This document shows positions 47,352 through 57,300 of a stretch of 64,000 nucleotides of DNA, in pieces. The notes under the pieces were generated by a model that was given only the letters and a program-made list of their open reading frames with translations, ran no database searches and was not told the origin of the DNA. The stretch covers positions 29,195-93,194 of the forward strand of contig JAIUNR010000008.1 in the NCBI GenBank assembly GCA_020161575.1, given 5' to 3'. Each line of letters begins with the position of its first letter. Position 1 is the first letter of the stretch. The DNA comes from Pseudomonadota bacterium (lineage in GTDB: Bacteria; Pseudomonadota; Alphaproteobacteria; Rhizobiales; Beijerinckiaceae). Made by a program: the position numbers and the translations under genes.

Positions 47352-47579
47352 ATGAAACATTCCAACATCATCGCGCTGACCGAGAACGACCTTGATGCCG
47401 TCAGCGGCGGCACGCTGACCTTCGGCAATGGCACCACTGGAGGGTATGGCTCCAACGGCGCTTTCGCGCGCGGCTCCGCGAGCTGGACGAACAGCAGCGG
47501 CTCGTTCTCCACCAGCGTATCGTTCAACTTCGATGGTGGCAGCGGCTTCAACAAGGTCTCCTTTACCTGGAGGTTCTGA
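47352..47579 (+). CDS. Double-glycine leader precursor peptide C (20-aa leader + 55-aa Gly/Ser/Phe-rich core)
   Basis: MKHSNIIALTENDLDAVSGG|TLTFGNGTTGGYGSNGAFARGSASWTNSSGSFSTSVSFNFDGGSGFNKVSFTWRF; GGAGAG RBS; own terminator. Confidence 0.87.
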   Translation: MKHSNIIALTENDLDAVSGGTLTFGNGTTGGYGSNGAFARGSASWTNSSGSFSTSVSFNFDGGSGFNKVSFTWRF

Positions 47580-47623
47580 TTTTAGCAGGGCTTCCCGCCC
47601 CGCGATTCCTGCCTTTGCCTGCG

Positions 47624-47658
47624 AACCACGCATCCCATGCGATGCGTGGTTTTTTCTT
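47624..47658 (+). terminator. Intrinsic terminator of peptide C
   Basis: AACCACGCATC-CCATGC-GATGCGTGGTT, a perfect 11-bp stem followed by TTTTCTT. Confidence 0.82.
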
Positions 47659-47976
47659 GCGGGGACCTTGCCGGCCGCGCGCTGTGGCGTTCTGATGATG
47701 GCGGAACCTTTTTCTTTGCGTTCCCGCTCAGCAGAGACAAGGATAGTTTGTAGCAAAACTAATCGTAAATCCTGGCGGCACGCACCCGGAACAAGGTATC
47801 TATTCTGATTCCGTACTTGCATCGGGAAGAGCGTTGGAGGAAAGGTAGCGCCGTAAACAGGCTCGCCTTTCCTGCCTTCTCCCGCATTTCGACACCGGAT
47901 GCTTCAGGGCATGGTCGCAGAAGGCCTGAAGACGAACAACCGGCCTTCCGGTCGGTAATCCGGCAGGGGAACCGAG

Positions 47977-49194
47977 ATGAATTTCCACACACAAAAAGAC
48001 CAGACAAACTCCAGGATCATCTCCAGCTTCGGCGATATCGAAGCCCTGCCGGACCGTGACATGCCGGTGGTGACGATGTTCAGCGGCGGGCTGGACAGCA
48101 CCTATCTCCTTCTGCGCCTCCAACAGGCAGGCTTCCGCAATGTCGAGGCTGTCGCGGTCAATATGGGCGAGCCGATCGACGCGGCCGCGATGAGCGGGAC
48201 CGCCGCGCGTTTCGGCGCGCGCTTCACCTATCTCGAAGCGCGCGATCTCTTCATCGAGAAGGCCGTCAAGCCCGCGATCCGCGCGCAGGCGAAGTATCAT
48301 GGCATGTATCCGCTCAGCAGTTCGCTGAGCCGCCCGGTGATCGCGGAAACCGTTGTCCGCCATGCCTCGGCGCTCGGCTCCACCCTGCTGCTGCATACCG
48401 CCAATCTCTCGCAGAACAGCCTGCCGCGCCTCAACAACAGCATTGTCCGCTTCGGCTTCAAGGGCGCTTTCGGCAGCCCCTACGTCTATTCCGCGCTCTC
48501 GCGCGAGCGCAAGGCGGAAGCTCTCGCCGGAGCCGGCCTGAGCTTCATCGCCGATCGCCGGCTGAGTGGTGACGAAAACCTCTGGTGCCGCGAATTCGAA
48601 TCCGGCCCGCTCGATGACCCCGAGGATTTCGTGATTCCCGAGGACAGTTTCCGCTGGACCCGCAAGGGCGAGCCTCCCGCGCCTGAAGAACTGGCGCTTC
48701 GCTTCGAAGATGGCGCGCTGGTCGCGGTCGATGGCAAGCCGGTCGCGCTCATCGACGCAATCGCCGCGCTCAACACGCGGGTCGGCAGGTTCGGTTTCGG
48801 TCGTTATGTCGGGCTCGAACATATCGCGAGCGGCGAGAAGGTGCTGGAGGTGCGCGAGGCGCCTGCCGCGATGATCATCATGGACGCCCTGCGCTTGCTC
48901 GAATGCGCCTCGCTGAGCGCCGAGGCGATCGCGCTCAAGCAGAAGCTGGAGCAGGATTGGGTGCAGGAAGCCATTGCCGGGCGTTGGGGCGGCAAGGTCC
49001 ATGCCATGTGCGAGGCCGCGATCGCCTCGGCCCTCGAAGGTGTGGGCGGCTCCGTCACCTATATGCTCGATGCGCAGCGCTTCATGCCTCGCGCCATCGT
49101 CGCCGATCGGCCGGTCTATATCCGCGACCGCGATCTATGGGAGTACCAGAAGGCGAAATCCGGCTGCGCGGGCGCCATGACCGGCGGTGCCTGA
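47977..49194 (+). CDS. Argininosuccinate-synthase-like (PP-loop) enzyme, divergent paralog
   Basis: [11 protein letters not shown]-loop; [53 protein letters not shown] are collinear with ArgG, but [13 protein letters not shown] replaces HGATGKGNDQVRF. Confidence 0.85.
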   Translation: MNFHTQKDQTNSRIISSFGDIEALPDRDMPVVTMFSGGLDSTYLLLRLQQAGFRNVEAVAVNMGEPIDAAAMSGTAARFGARFTYLEARDLFIEKAVKPAIRAQAKYHGMYPLSSSLSRPVIAETVVRHASALGSTLLLHTANLSQNSLPRLNNSIVRFGFKGAFGSPYVYSALSRERKAEALAGAGLSFIADRRLSGDENLWCREFESGPLDDPEDFVIPEDSFRWTRKGEPPAPEELALRFEDGALVAVDGKPVALIDAIAALNTRVGRFGFGRYVGLEHIASGEKVLEVREAPAAMIIMDALRLLECASLSAEAIALKQKLEQDWVQEAIAGRWGGKVHAMCEAAIASALEGVGGSVTYMLDAQRFMPRAIVADRPVYIRDRDLWEYQKAKSGCAGAMTGGA

Positions 49195-49212
49195 ATGACC
49201 GGCGGCGCCTGA
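49177..49212 (+). repeat. 18-bp tandem duplication at the ArgG-like stop
   Basis: ATGACCGGCGGTGCCTGA (49177-49194) followed immediately by ATGACCGGCGGCGCCTGA (49195-49212); one mismatch. Confidence 0.85.
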
Positions 49213-49232
49213 GCCGCCGCACCGCCCGTTAA

Positions 49233-50609
49233 TCACGGGGCGCGCCAGCTTTCCGGCCCCGACCAATCCAGCAGACGCTCGAAGCGGCGGGCATGGGCGA
49301 GCAGGCGTGCCTCCTCGCCGCGCCGCCCGACAAGCTGGACGCCAACGGGCAGGGAGTCGAACATTCCAACCGGCACGACGGCGACAGGGTGCCCCGTGAG
49401 CGAGAACGGGGCCGTGAGCCCGATCGTCGCCAGCGCATAGGGCACGCGCCGCCCCTCGATATCGATCATGCGCGCCCGCCCCCATTTCGGCGTGTCGAGA
49501 TGCGGGTAGGCCGCCGTGGCCGAGACCGGCAGCACAAGCGTGTGATGGCTTTCCAGCAGGCGGTCGAGCGCCGCGCCCAGCGCCTCACGCTCTGCCAGCG
49601 CATCGGCGAGCAGCCGCGGCGAGCCCCAGAGACCACGCGCGATATCGCGCTGGATGGGCTTGGTGGCCGAACGGATCACGCCATAAGCCGCCATGGCCTT
49701 GCCGAGCCAGACGGGGATGGTCGCCGCGCCTTCGCTGCCGAGAATGCGCCCGTAAGCCCGCCAGGCGGCGCGGAAATCCCACGCCTCCGGCTGAATGGGG
49801 GCGATCGGCCAGCCCGCGCCTTCCAGCCGGGCGCGCAGATGGGCGAGCGCGGCTTTGGTGCGATGGCACAAGGGAAGACCGGGAAAATCCGTCCAGAGCG
49901 CGATGCGCAGATCCGCGCCTTCTTCCGGCAGGGGCGCGGCGCGCGGCGCGCCTTCGAGTGCCGCCAGCCCCGCGGCAAGGCAGGTAGTCGAGCGCCCGAT
50001 CAGGCCGATACTCTGGAAGCGCGAGAGCGGATGGCCGGAGCCGGGAAGCGGCGGGATATGTCCGTCGAGCGGGAAGCGTCCCGCCGTGCATTTGAGCGCG
50101 GGAACGCCGCAGAAATGTGCAGGAATGCGTGTGGAGCCCGCGAGATCGCTCGCGAGGTCGATGTCCGAGAATCCCAGCGCGACCGCCGCGCCCCCGCCCC
50201 CGCTGCTGCCGCCGCTGGTGCGGCTCTCGTCCCAGGGATTGCTGGTGACGCCGAAAATCGGGCTTCGGCATTGCACATCACCCGCGAGCGGCGATGTGTT
50301 GGTCTTGCCGATGAGGATGCCGCCCGCGGCCCGGATGCGCGCGACCGCGGCGGCATCCTTCTCCGGCACGTGATCCTTGAGCGGCGGATAGCTCGCGGTG
50401 GAGCGCAGGCCGGCGGTCTCGAACGTATCCTTCACGCTGACGATCAGGCCGGAGAGCGGGCCTGATGCCGGTGTTTCGGCCATGGCCAGGGCCTCGGCGC
50501 GGTTCTCCGTCACGATGGCGTTGCAGCGCGGGTTGAAACGGTCGATCCGTGCGAAGGCTGTTTCGAGACGCTGGCGGATGGCCGGTTCGGGAACGGGGAA
50601 ATCGGTCAT
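49233..50609 (-). CDS. Amidase-signature family enzyme
   Basis: GPLSGLIVSVKD (Lys), GKTNT, NPWD...GGSSGGGGAAVA (cis-Ser), SDLAGSTRIPAHFCG (nucleophilic Ser), PVGVQLVG. Confidence 0.92.
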   Translation of the reverse strand: MTDFPVPEPAIRQRLETAFARIDRFNPRCNAIVTENRAEALAMAETPASGPLSGLIVSVKDTFETAGLRSTASYPPLKDHVPEKDAAAVARIRAAGGILIGKTNTSPLAGDVQCRSPIFGVTSNPWDESRTSGGSSGGGGAAVALGFSDIDLASDLAGSTRIPAHFCGVPALKCTAGRFPLDGHIPPLPGSGHPLSRFQSIGLIGRSTTCLAAGLAALEGAPRAAPLPEEGADLRIALWTDFPGLPLCHRTKAALAHLRARLEGAGWPIAPIQPEAWDFRAAWRAYGRILGSEGAATIPVWLGKAMAAYGVIRSATKPIQRDIARGLWGSPRLLADALAEREALGAALDRLLESHHTLVLPVSATAAYPHLDTPKWGRARMIDIEGRRVPYALATIGLTAPFSLTGHPVAVVPVGMFDSLPVGVQLVGRRGEEARLLAHARRFERLLDWSGPESWRAP

Positions 50610-50621
50610 GCTGCCTCCGTT

Positions 50622-51362
50622 TCAGGCTGGTCGGAGAAGGTCGCGCAGACGCGCGGCCACCGCCTCGGGCTGCGTATCGAGGAAGAAATGGTCGCCCTCG
50701 AACCAGTGGATCCCGCCGGGTCGCTCCGTCTCGGCGAGCCAGGGCGCGACCCGATCGGGCGGGACGATCGGATCGTTTGTGCCGGCAAAAACGTCTATCG
50801 GCTGGTCGAGCCGGATGCCCGCCCGGTAGGCATAGGTTTCCACGATGGCGAAATCGGCGCGGATCGCCGGCAGCACCAGCGCCATCAGCTCGGCATGGGC
50901 GAGAATGGCGGCGGGCGTGCCGTTATAGCGCCGGAGCTCCTCGATCAGCTCGGCATCCGGCAGGGTATGGAGCTGTTCGCGTGCCTGCCGGACGCTCGGC
51001 GCCTGACAGCCCGAGACGATGAGCCTTTCCGGCACCCTCAGGTGCATGAGCTTGCTAAAGCGCGCGAGTTCGAACGCCACCAGTGCGCCGAGGCTATGGC
51101 CGAAAAACGCGGCGGGCAGATCGCCCTCCCCCGCGATGACTTCCGCAAGCTGGCGCACGAGCGGGGCGAGGCGATCGATCGCCGGCTCGCCCATGCGCGT
51201 GCCGCGGCCGGGCAGCTGGATCGCGCAGACCTCGATTTCAGGCCCGAGCATCGGCTGCCAGTTGAGATAGGCGGCCGCGTTGCCGCCGGCATAGGGGAAA
51301 CAGAAAAGGCGCAGCCGCGCCTTGGCCGTGGGACGGCGCAGGAGCCAGTTGCCCGTTCTCAT
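50622..51362 (-). CDS. Type II (editing) thioesterase
   Basis: RLFCFPYAGG, IQLPGRGTR, FFGHSLGA, LPAIRADF, FEGDHFF. Confidence 0.94.
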   Translation of the reverse strand: MRTGNWLLRRPTAKARLRLFCFPYAGGNAAAYLNWQPMLGPEIEVCAIQLPGRGTRMGEPAIDRLAPLVRQLAEVIAGEGDLPAAFFGHSLGALVAFELARFSKLMHLRVPERLIVSGCQAPSVRQAREQLHTLPDAELIEELRRYNGTPAAILAHAELMALVLPAIRADFAIVETYAYRAGIRLDQPIDVFAGTNDPIVPPDRVAPWLAETERPGGIHWFEGDHFFLDTQPEAVAARLRDLLRPA

Positions 51363-52981
51363 GCCGGGCCGCTCCCGCAGGCGAGCTTTCCATCCACGAG
51401 TTTGACGATGCGGTCCGCCATGGCGAAATAGGCTTCGTCATGCGTGATCGCGATCACGGTCTTGCCGCGTGCCTTGAGTTCGGGAAGCAAGGTCTCGTAG
51501 AAGACGCGGCGGAAGGCGGGGTCCTGATCCGCCGCCCATTCGTCGAAGAGATAGATATCGCGATCCTCGAGATAGGCGGAAACCAGCGCGAGGCGCTTGC
51601 GCTGGCCCGTGGAAAGATCGAGCGTGGAGAAGGCGCCGTCGCGGATCGTGACCTTGTGATCCATTTTCAGCGCGGCGAGATAGCCGGCCGCGCGCGCCGC
51701 CGTGGCATCGTCTCCGGCATCCATGACCTGCTCGAACAGGTGGAAATCCGAGAAGACGGCCGAGAAATGCTGGCGATAGGCGTCGCGGTTGGCCTCCGTC
51801 ACCTCGACGCCACGAAAGCGGATCGTGCCCGCCTCGGGCGTGAAAAGGCCGAGCAGGATCATCGCGAAGGTGGATTTGCCGCTGCCATTGCCGCCCACGA
51901 GGAACAGCGTCTCGCCCGGCGCGATCTCGAGATCGAGCGGGCCGAGCACGAAGCCCGGCTCGTCGCCCCCGCCGGAATAGCGGTGCCGGATGCCGGAAAA
52001 AGCAAGGATCGGCGCTCCGCTGGCCGGGAATAGCGCTTTGGCCGGTACCTCGGGCTCGATGCGCGCGAGATCGCCGCTGATCTGCTCGATGCGTCCGAGC
52101 GCGATCCCCGCCTGCCTTACGACGGGGAGAATGATGATCAGCTCCGTCACCGGGCGGATGAGGTAGAGCAGGATCAGCGTCACGGCGACGATTTCGCTGC
52201 TGGGGATCGCGAGCAGGCGCGGCAGGCCGAAGACAAAGGCGCCGATCACGACATAGAACAGGATATTCGCCGTGTTTGTCACCCGGATATAGGTGCGCAT
52301 GCTCGCGACGAAATCGGTTTTCACGCCCTCCGTCACGGGGGCGATGACCTTTTCGAGAAAGCGCTCCGAACGCGCGCGGTTGAGCTGAAGCTCGCGGCTG
52401 CCTTCGATCAGTGCGCGGAAATGGGTGTAGAGCGTGTCGATCTGCTGGCGGACGGCGGCGAGGCGCGAGAGCGGCCGGCGCTCCGCCAGCCGGAACAGCG
52501 TGACCCCGGCGACGAGGATCGCGATGAAGACCAGGAACAGCTTCGGCGAAAGGCCGAGAAGATAGGCGAAACACGCGATCAGGATGACAAGATTGCCGAT
52601 CATGATCGGCATGAACTGGAAGGCTGTCGTGAACGAATCCACGTCGCGCGTCAGGATGTTGAGGAGCGGCTGCCTGCCGAGCACCTGAAGCTTCGCCTGC
52701 GGGGTCGCGAGGATACGCCGGCTCAGCGTCATCCTCAGATGCGCGATCGAGAGCTGGTTGAGCTCAAGAAGCCGCGTTTCCGAATAGATCTTCGCCACGA
52801 GATGGATAAGACAGCAGGCGAAGAACAGCAGACCAAGCAACGCCTCGGGTTTTTCCGCCGCCAGCGCCCGGCTGATGAGAACCGCGATTCCCGCTGCCGA
52901 AAGGCCGCTGACCAGCCCCGCCAGCGTCGCCACCAGCACGCGCAGCCGGAACTGGCGGAAGAGATAGAGGAACAGGTTCAT
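51359..52981 (-). CDS. Cyclic-peptide export ABC transporter (SyrD/PvdE/YojI family)
   Basis: TM domain plus GGNGSGKST, FSAVFSDFHLF, LSTGQRKRLAL, FDEWAADQDP. Confidence 0.93.
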   Translation of the reverse strand: MNLFLYLFRQFRLRVLVATLAGLVSGLSAAGIAVLISRALAAEKPEALLGLLFFACCLIHLVAKIYSETRLLELNQLSIAHLRMTLSRRILATPQAKLQVLGRQPLLNILTRDVDSFTTAFQFMPIMIGNLVILIACFAYLLGLSPKLFLVFIAILVAGVTLFRLAERRPLSRLAAVRQQIDTLYTHFRALIEGSRELQLNRARSERFLEKVIAPVTEGVKTDFVASMRTYIRVTNTANILFYVVIGAFVFGLPRLLAIPSSEIVAVTLILLYLIRPVTELIIILPVVRQAGIALGRIEQISGDLARIEPEVPAKALFPASGAPILAFSGIRHRYSGGGDEPGFVLGPLDLEIAPGETLFLVGGNGSGKSTFAMILLGLFTPEAGTIRFRGVEVTEANRDAYRQHFSAVFSDFHLFEQVMDAGDDATAARAAGYLAALKMDHKVTIRDGAFSTLDLSTGQRKRLALVSAYLEDRDIYLFDEWAADQDPAFRRVFYETLLPELKARGKTVIAITHDEAYFAMADRIVKLVDGKLACGSGPA

Positions 52982-52999
52982 GGGCGCATCTTCCGGGTT

Positions 53000-54310
53000 T
53001 CAGGCCATCTGCCCCGCCGCGCCGCGCGCGACGAGATAGGGATAGGCGGGCGTCGTCAGCAGCACGCGCAGGCGGTTGAGGGCGGGATCGCCCGGATCGC
53101 GCCCGTAACCGCCCGCGCCCGAGGCGAGGATATCGGCCATGCGCGTCCGTCCGTCGCAGGCGGCGAAGACTTCCCTCACGCGCGGATCTGCCGGCTGCGG
53201 CGGCATGGGCAGGCGGGTCGGGCGGCTCGCCTCCTGATAGCGCGATTGCGGGTTGAGCACGAAATTCGTGGAGCTGCCTTGCGCGGGCATGAAGACCGTA
53301 TCCAGGAACTGCGCCACGATCTCGCGCTGCGTCTTGCGCGGATGGCGTGAATCCCGCCGCTGCACATAGAACCAGAGCATCGGCGATTTCTCGACCAGCA
53401 GCAGGTTGCTTACCTGCCAGCGATCGAGATCACCCAGCGTTTCGTAGCGTGCCCGCGCTGCGCCTTGCGGCAGGTCGATTTCCCACTCGATCTGCCCGGA
53501 AAGCTTGTCGAACTGGTTGATGCAGGGCTGGAGCAGTTGCAGCCCGGCGCCATGGCAAAGATCGCGCAGGGTCTCGACCGTGTAGCTGAATTCCACGGGC
53601 TGGAGCAGCGAATCCGCGACGGCCGCCTCGGGCAGGTCGCGTTGATGCACGAGGAAGTCGCGCATCGAGTTCTGCACTTCGAATCCCGCGACCAGCTCCA
53701 TGGTGATGGGCAGTTCGACATCCACCGCCGGCTTGCCATCCTGCCCGCCGAGGAGGCGGATCGCCTTCTGATACGCGGTGGTATGGGTGCGATGATAGTA
53801 ATTATAGACCATCAATTCGAGGATGCCGTCCGGTTTCAGCCCGCGCGCGAGGGCGTTGAGCGGCACCGCCGGATCGGCGTTGTGATGGATGACGCCGGTG
53901 CAGATGACGTGATCGAAGCGCGCCTCGTGGCGCACTTCGTTGAGGCTCGCCTCCTCAAGCGTCAGGTTGGTGATGCCGAGCTGGGCGGCGATATCGCTGC
54001 ACACTTCGAGCGAACGCGTCGAGACATCGGTGCCGAGCACGCGCGCCTGGGGGTATTTCAGCGCGGTCAGCACCGCCTGGTTGGTGCCGCAGCCGGCGAC
54101 CCAGATCTCGCATTCGGGCGCCAGCCGCGCATGGGTGAAATCGCCGATCTCCTGATTGACGAAAGCCGGCCAGAAGGCGCCATCGCCCGCCTTCGGCAGC
54201 AGCAGCGGCAGCCATGGATAGTTGAACCGGCTGTAGAAATCACGGTTGAGGGCATCGACATCGCGCGCCGAGGTCGCCGCGCCGATGTTGAAGGAAACGG
54301 AATCACGCAT
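53000..54310 (-). CDS. Class I SAM-dependent methyltransferase with extended C-terminus
   Basis: IWVAGCGTNQA motif I variant, GTDVS, FDHVICTGVIHH, LKPDGILELMVY; its start overlaps the NRPS-PKS stop. Confidence 0.85.
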   Translation of the reverse strand: MRDSVSFNIGAATSARDVDALNRDFYSRFNYPWLPLLLPKAGDGAFWPAFVNQEIGDFTHARLAPECEIWVAGCGTNQAVLTALKYPQARVLGTDVSTRSLEVCSDIAAQLGITNLTLEEASLNEVRHEARFDHVICTGVIHHNADPAVPLNALARGLKPDGILELMVYNYYHRTHTTAYQKAIRLLGGQDGKPAVDVELPITMELVAGFEVQNSMRDFLVHQRDLPEAAVADSLLQPVEFSYTVETLRDLCHGAGLQLLQPCINQFDKLSGQIEWEIDLPQGAARARYETLGDLDRWQVSNLLLVEKSPMLWFYVQRRDSRHPRKTQREIVAQFLDTVFMPAQGSSTNFVLNPQSRYQEASRPTRLPMPPQPADPRVREVFAACDGRTRMADILASGAGGYGRDPGDPALNRLRVLLTTPAYPYLVARGAAGQMA

Positions 54311-57300
54311 GGGTGGCTTGCCTGCTGTCGTGGTTTGTCCGGTTGAGCGCCTCGGCGATGCGGGCGGCATGGACCGGTTCGAGGATGGAATAATGATCCG
54401 CCCGCAAGGTCGCGGCGTGGAAGGCGCCGGCCGCGACCTGACGCCATGTCCTCACCATCTCCTCGCGGATCGCGGCGGGGCGTTCGCGCCCGTCCGGCTC
54501 CTGCCCGGCCACGAAGAGCACGCTCTGCGCGACAAGGCGCTGGCGCGGCCGATAGCCCACGAGACTCCGGGAATTGCGCGCGCAGAGCGCGAGGATCTTG
54601 CGGATATAGGGGTGCGCGCCCGGATCCGGCCCTTCCGCGAGTTTCGGATCGAGCCTGCGACGCAGCTGCATTTCCGCGAGGAAGCTTTGCTTGAGCGCTT
54701 CGTCATCCTCGCGCAGCCGGTCGTCGAAGACGGGCGGATCGATCAGCACCAGCCGCGCGACGGTCGGCGATTCGCCGGTCAGAAGCCGGGCGATCTCATA
54801 GGCGATGGCGGCGCCGTAGGACCACCCCGCGAGGCGGATGTTCCCGGTGCGGGCGATATCGCGGATCCCCGCGAGATAGGCGCGCGCCGCCGCTTCGATC
54901 GTCCGGGGCGCGGCTGCGCCGCTCTCCAGATCCGGGTCCTCGATGCCATAGACCGCGCTGGCGGGATCGATCGCGCGCACGAGATCACGGTAGCATAGTA
55001 GATCCCCGCCCACGGGGTGGATGAGGAAGACGGGTTCTCCGCCGGCCCCCGCGCGTAGCAGGCGCACGCAATGGCCCGACGCGGCGCTTTCCTTCGATGC
55101 CCCGCCCGCCGCCGCCTCAAGCAGGTCGGCGAGCGAGAAATCCACCGGCAGCGCCGGCAGGGCGAGCCGGAGATCGAGGGCGGTATTGAGCGCATCGACA
55201 AGATCGAGCGCGGCGAGGGAATCGCCGCCAAGATCGTAGAAGGAGATGTCGCGCGCCGGGTCCGCCGTTCCGGTGAAGCGGGCGTAGATTTCGGCGATCA
55301 CGGCCTCGGGCGCACGTCCTTGCGAGGCGGACGCAGCCTCCGTGATATGGCGCTCCGACAGGAGCTTGCCGATTTCCTCGGGTGGCAGCGGCGAGACGAC
55401 GAGACGCGGCAGGCCGAGCGTGAGCGCGGTCTCGAGGATTTCCCAGCCTTCCTCCGTCGAGATCGCGTTGAGATCGGCGCGCGTGGCGAGATCGGCGAGT
55501 GCATTGCGCTGGCCGCCCAGCGCGGCGGACATGCCGATGCCCCGCCAGGCGGGCCAGTTGATGCTGATGACATCCGGCCCGCCCTCGCCCTTCGCCAGCG
55601 CGAGCGCGTCGAGGAAGGCATTCGCGGCGCTATAGCCATATTGTCCCGCGACCGGAATCAACGCCGAGAGCGAGGAGCACAGAATGATCGCGTCCTTGGT
55701 CAGCGGCGCGAGATGACGCATCAGCAGCCGCGCGCCCGTCACCTTCGCCGCCAGCGCCGCCTGGAGCATCGCCGGATTCTTGAGCGCGATCAGCCCGCCG
55801 CCGGCATCGCCCGCGGCATGGATGATGCCCGCGAGGGAGCCGAATTCCGCGCGGATCCGTTCGGCCAAGGCCGCTACGGCGGCCGGATCGGCGATGTCGC
55901 CGTCGATGCGGATGACGCGCGGATCGAGATCAGCCATACCCGCCCGGCGGGAAAAGGCGATGACCCGCCGCCCCGGCGCCTCAAGCAGACGGGTGATGAT
56001 CGCGCGGCCGATTCCGCCTCCGCCGCCGGTGACGAGATAGACGCCATCCGGTCGCAGCCGCGAGGGCAGCGTCGCGGGAATTTCCACCCGCTGGAGCCCA
56101 TGCTGCCAGATATGGCCGGCACGCAGGGCGAGTGGGCCTTCCGCCTCGAAGCCCTCTCTGCCTGCGAGGCAGGCCAGCATGGCGTCGTCCGGCGCTTCGG
56201 GCAGATCAATCAGGCGGAGACGGATCCGGGGATATTCGACGCGGATCGCGCGCATCGGCGCCGCGAGCATCTCCGCCCAGGCGCCCTCGCCCCGTTCGAA
56301 GGCGCCGTGCGTGAGCAATGTGAGATCAAGCGAACGCTTGCCGAAGGCCATCTCCCAGCCCTGAACCAGCACCATCAGCGTGGTGAAAAGCGCTTCGGCC
56401 CCTTCGCCATCCGGCTCGGGCAAGGGCAGGGTCTGCACGAGATGCATGTCTCCTTCGGCCGGGCAGTGGCGGCGCAAGAGATCCCCAACGGCTTGGGGAT
56501 TGGCCGGTGGCGCGTCCGGGAGGCGGAATGTCCTGATACCGGGCGCGCGCAGGGCCGCCTCGATCGGGGCGATGGCGCCGTTCTCGCCGCCGCGCGGAAT
56601 GCGCCGCAGGCGCGCCCAACCCGGCTGATGGAACCACGCGGCGCGTTCCTGCCGTGCGATGGCGGGCTTTCCGGCGCCTTGTCCGGCCTCGAGCCTGAAT
56701 GGCGCGAGATCGAACGGATATTCCGGCATGTCCCAGGGAATCGGGGCATGGGGCGCTTTCGGCAGCAGATGGGCCGATCCCCCCTGAAGCCAGAAGGCGG
56801 CGATCTGCATCGGCGTACCGCCCGGCGGCTGCGCGCCTGCTTCCGCCGGGGCGCAGGCGGTGGGGGCCAGCCCCTGAAGCAGGGCGATGGCCTCGTCGGC
56901 GCTGGAAACGACAAGCGCGCCGCGCCAGGAATCATCCGAGGCATTGCGCAGGCACCAGGCGGCGACGCCCGCGAGATGATGCGGATTGTCCTCGAGATAG
57001 CCGGCAAGATGCTGTGCGAGCGCGCGGAGCGCGCTTTCGCTGCGCGCGCCGAGCAGCAGGCAATGATGCGCGTGGCGGATGGTGGCTGGCGCCGCCGGAG
57101 GGGCCTGCCCGAGAATGACATGGGCATTGGTACCGCCCATGCCGAAGCTGCTCACGCCGGCATAGGGGCGCGTGCGCGGCCATTCGAGGGCGCGGGTCGC
57201 GACCTTGAACGGCGTCGCGGCGAAGTCGATGCCCGGATTGGGCGCGTCATAGCCGAGGCTGGGCGGAATCACGCCGTGATAGCGCGCCAAAGCCGCGCGG

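Noticed and set aside
47300-47554. 84-aa minus-strand ORF overlapping peptide C
   Set aside because: Antisense to a gene with a clear leader, RBS and terminator; no motif support.
46652-47579. Lanthipeptide, thiopeptide or other modified RiPP assignment
   Set aside because: The cores contain Ser/Thr/Cys, but no LanB/C/M, YcaO or radical-SAM maturase is present nearby.
47977-49194. Calling this gene housekeeping argG
   Set aside because: The Asp-binding loop is altered and the context is a biosynthetic cluster on a secondary replicon; symbol withheld.
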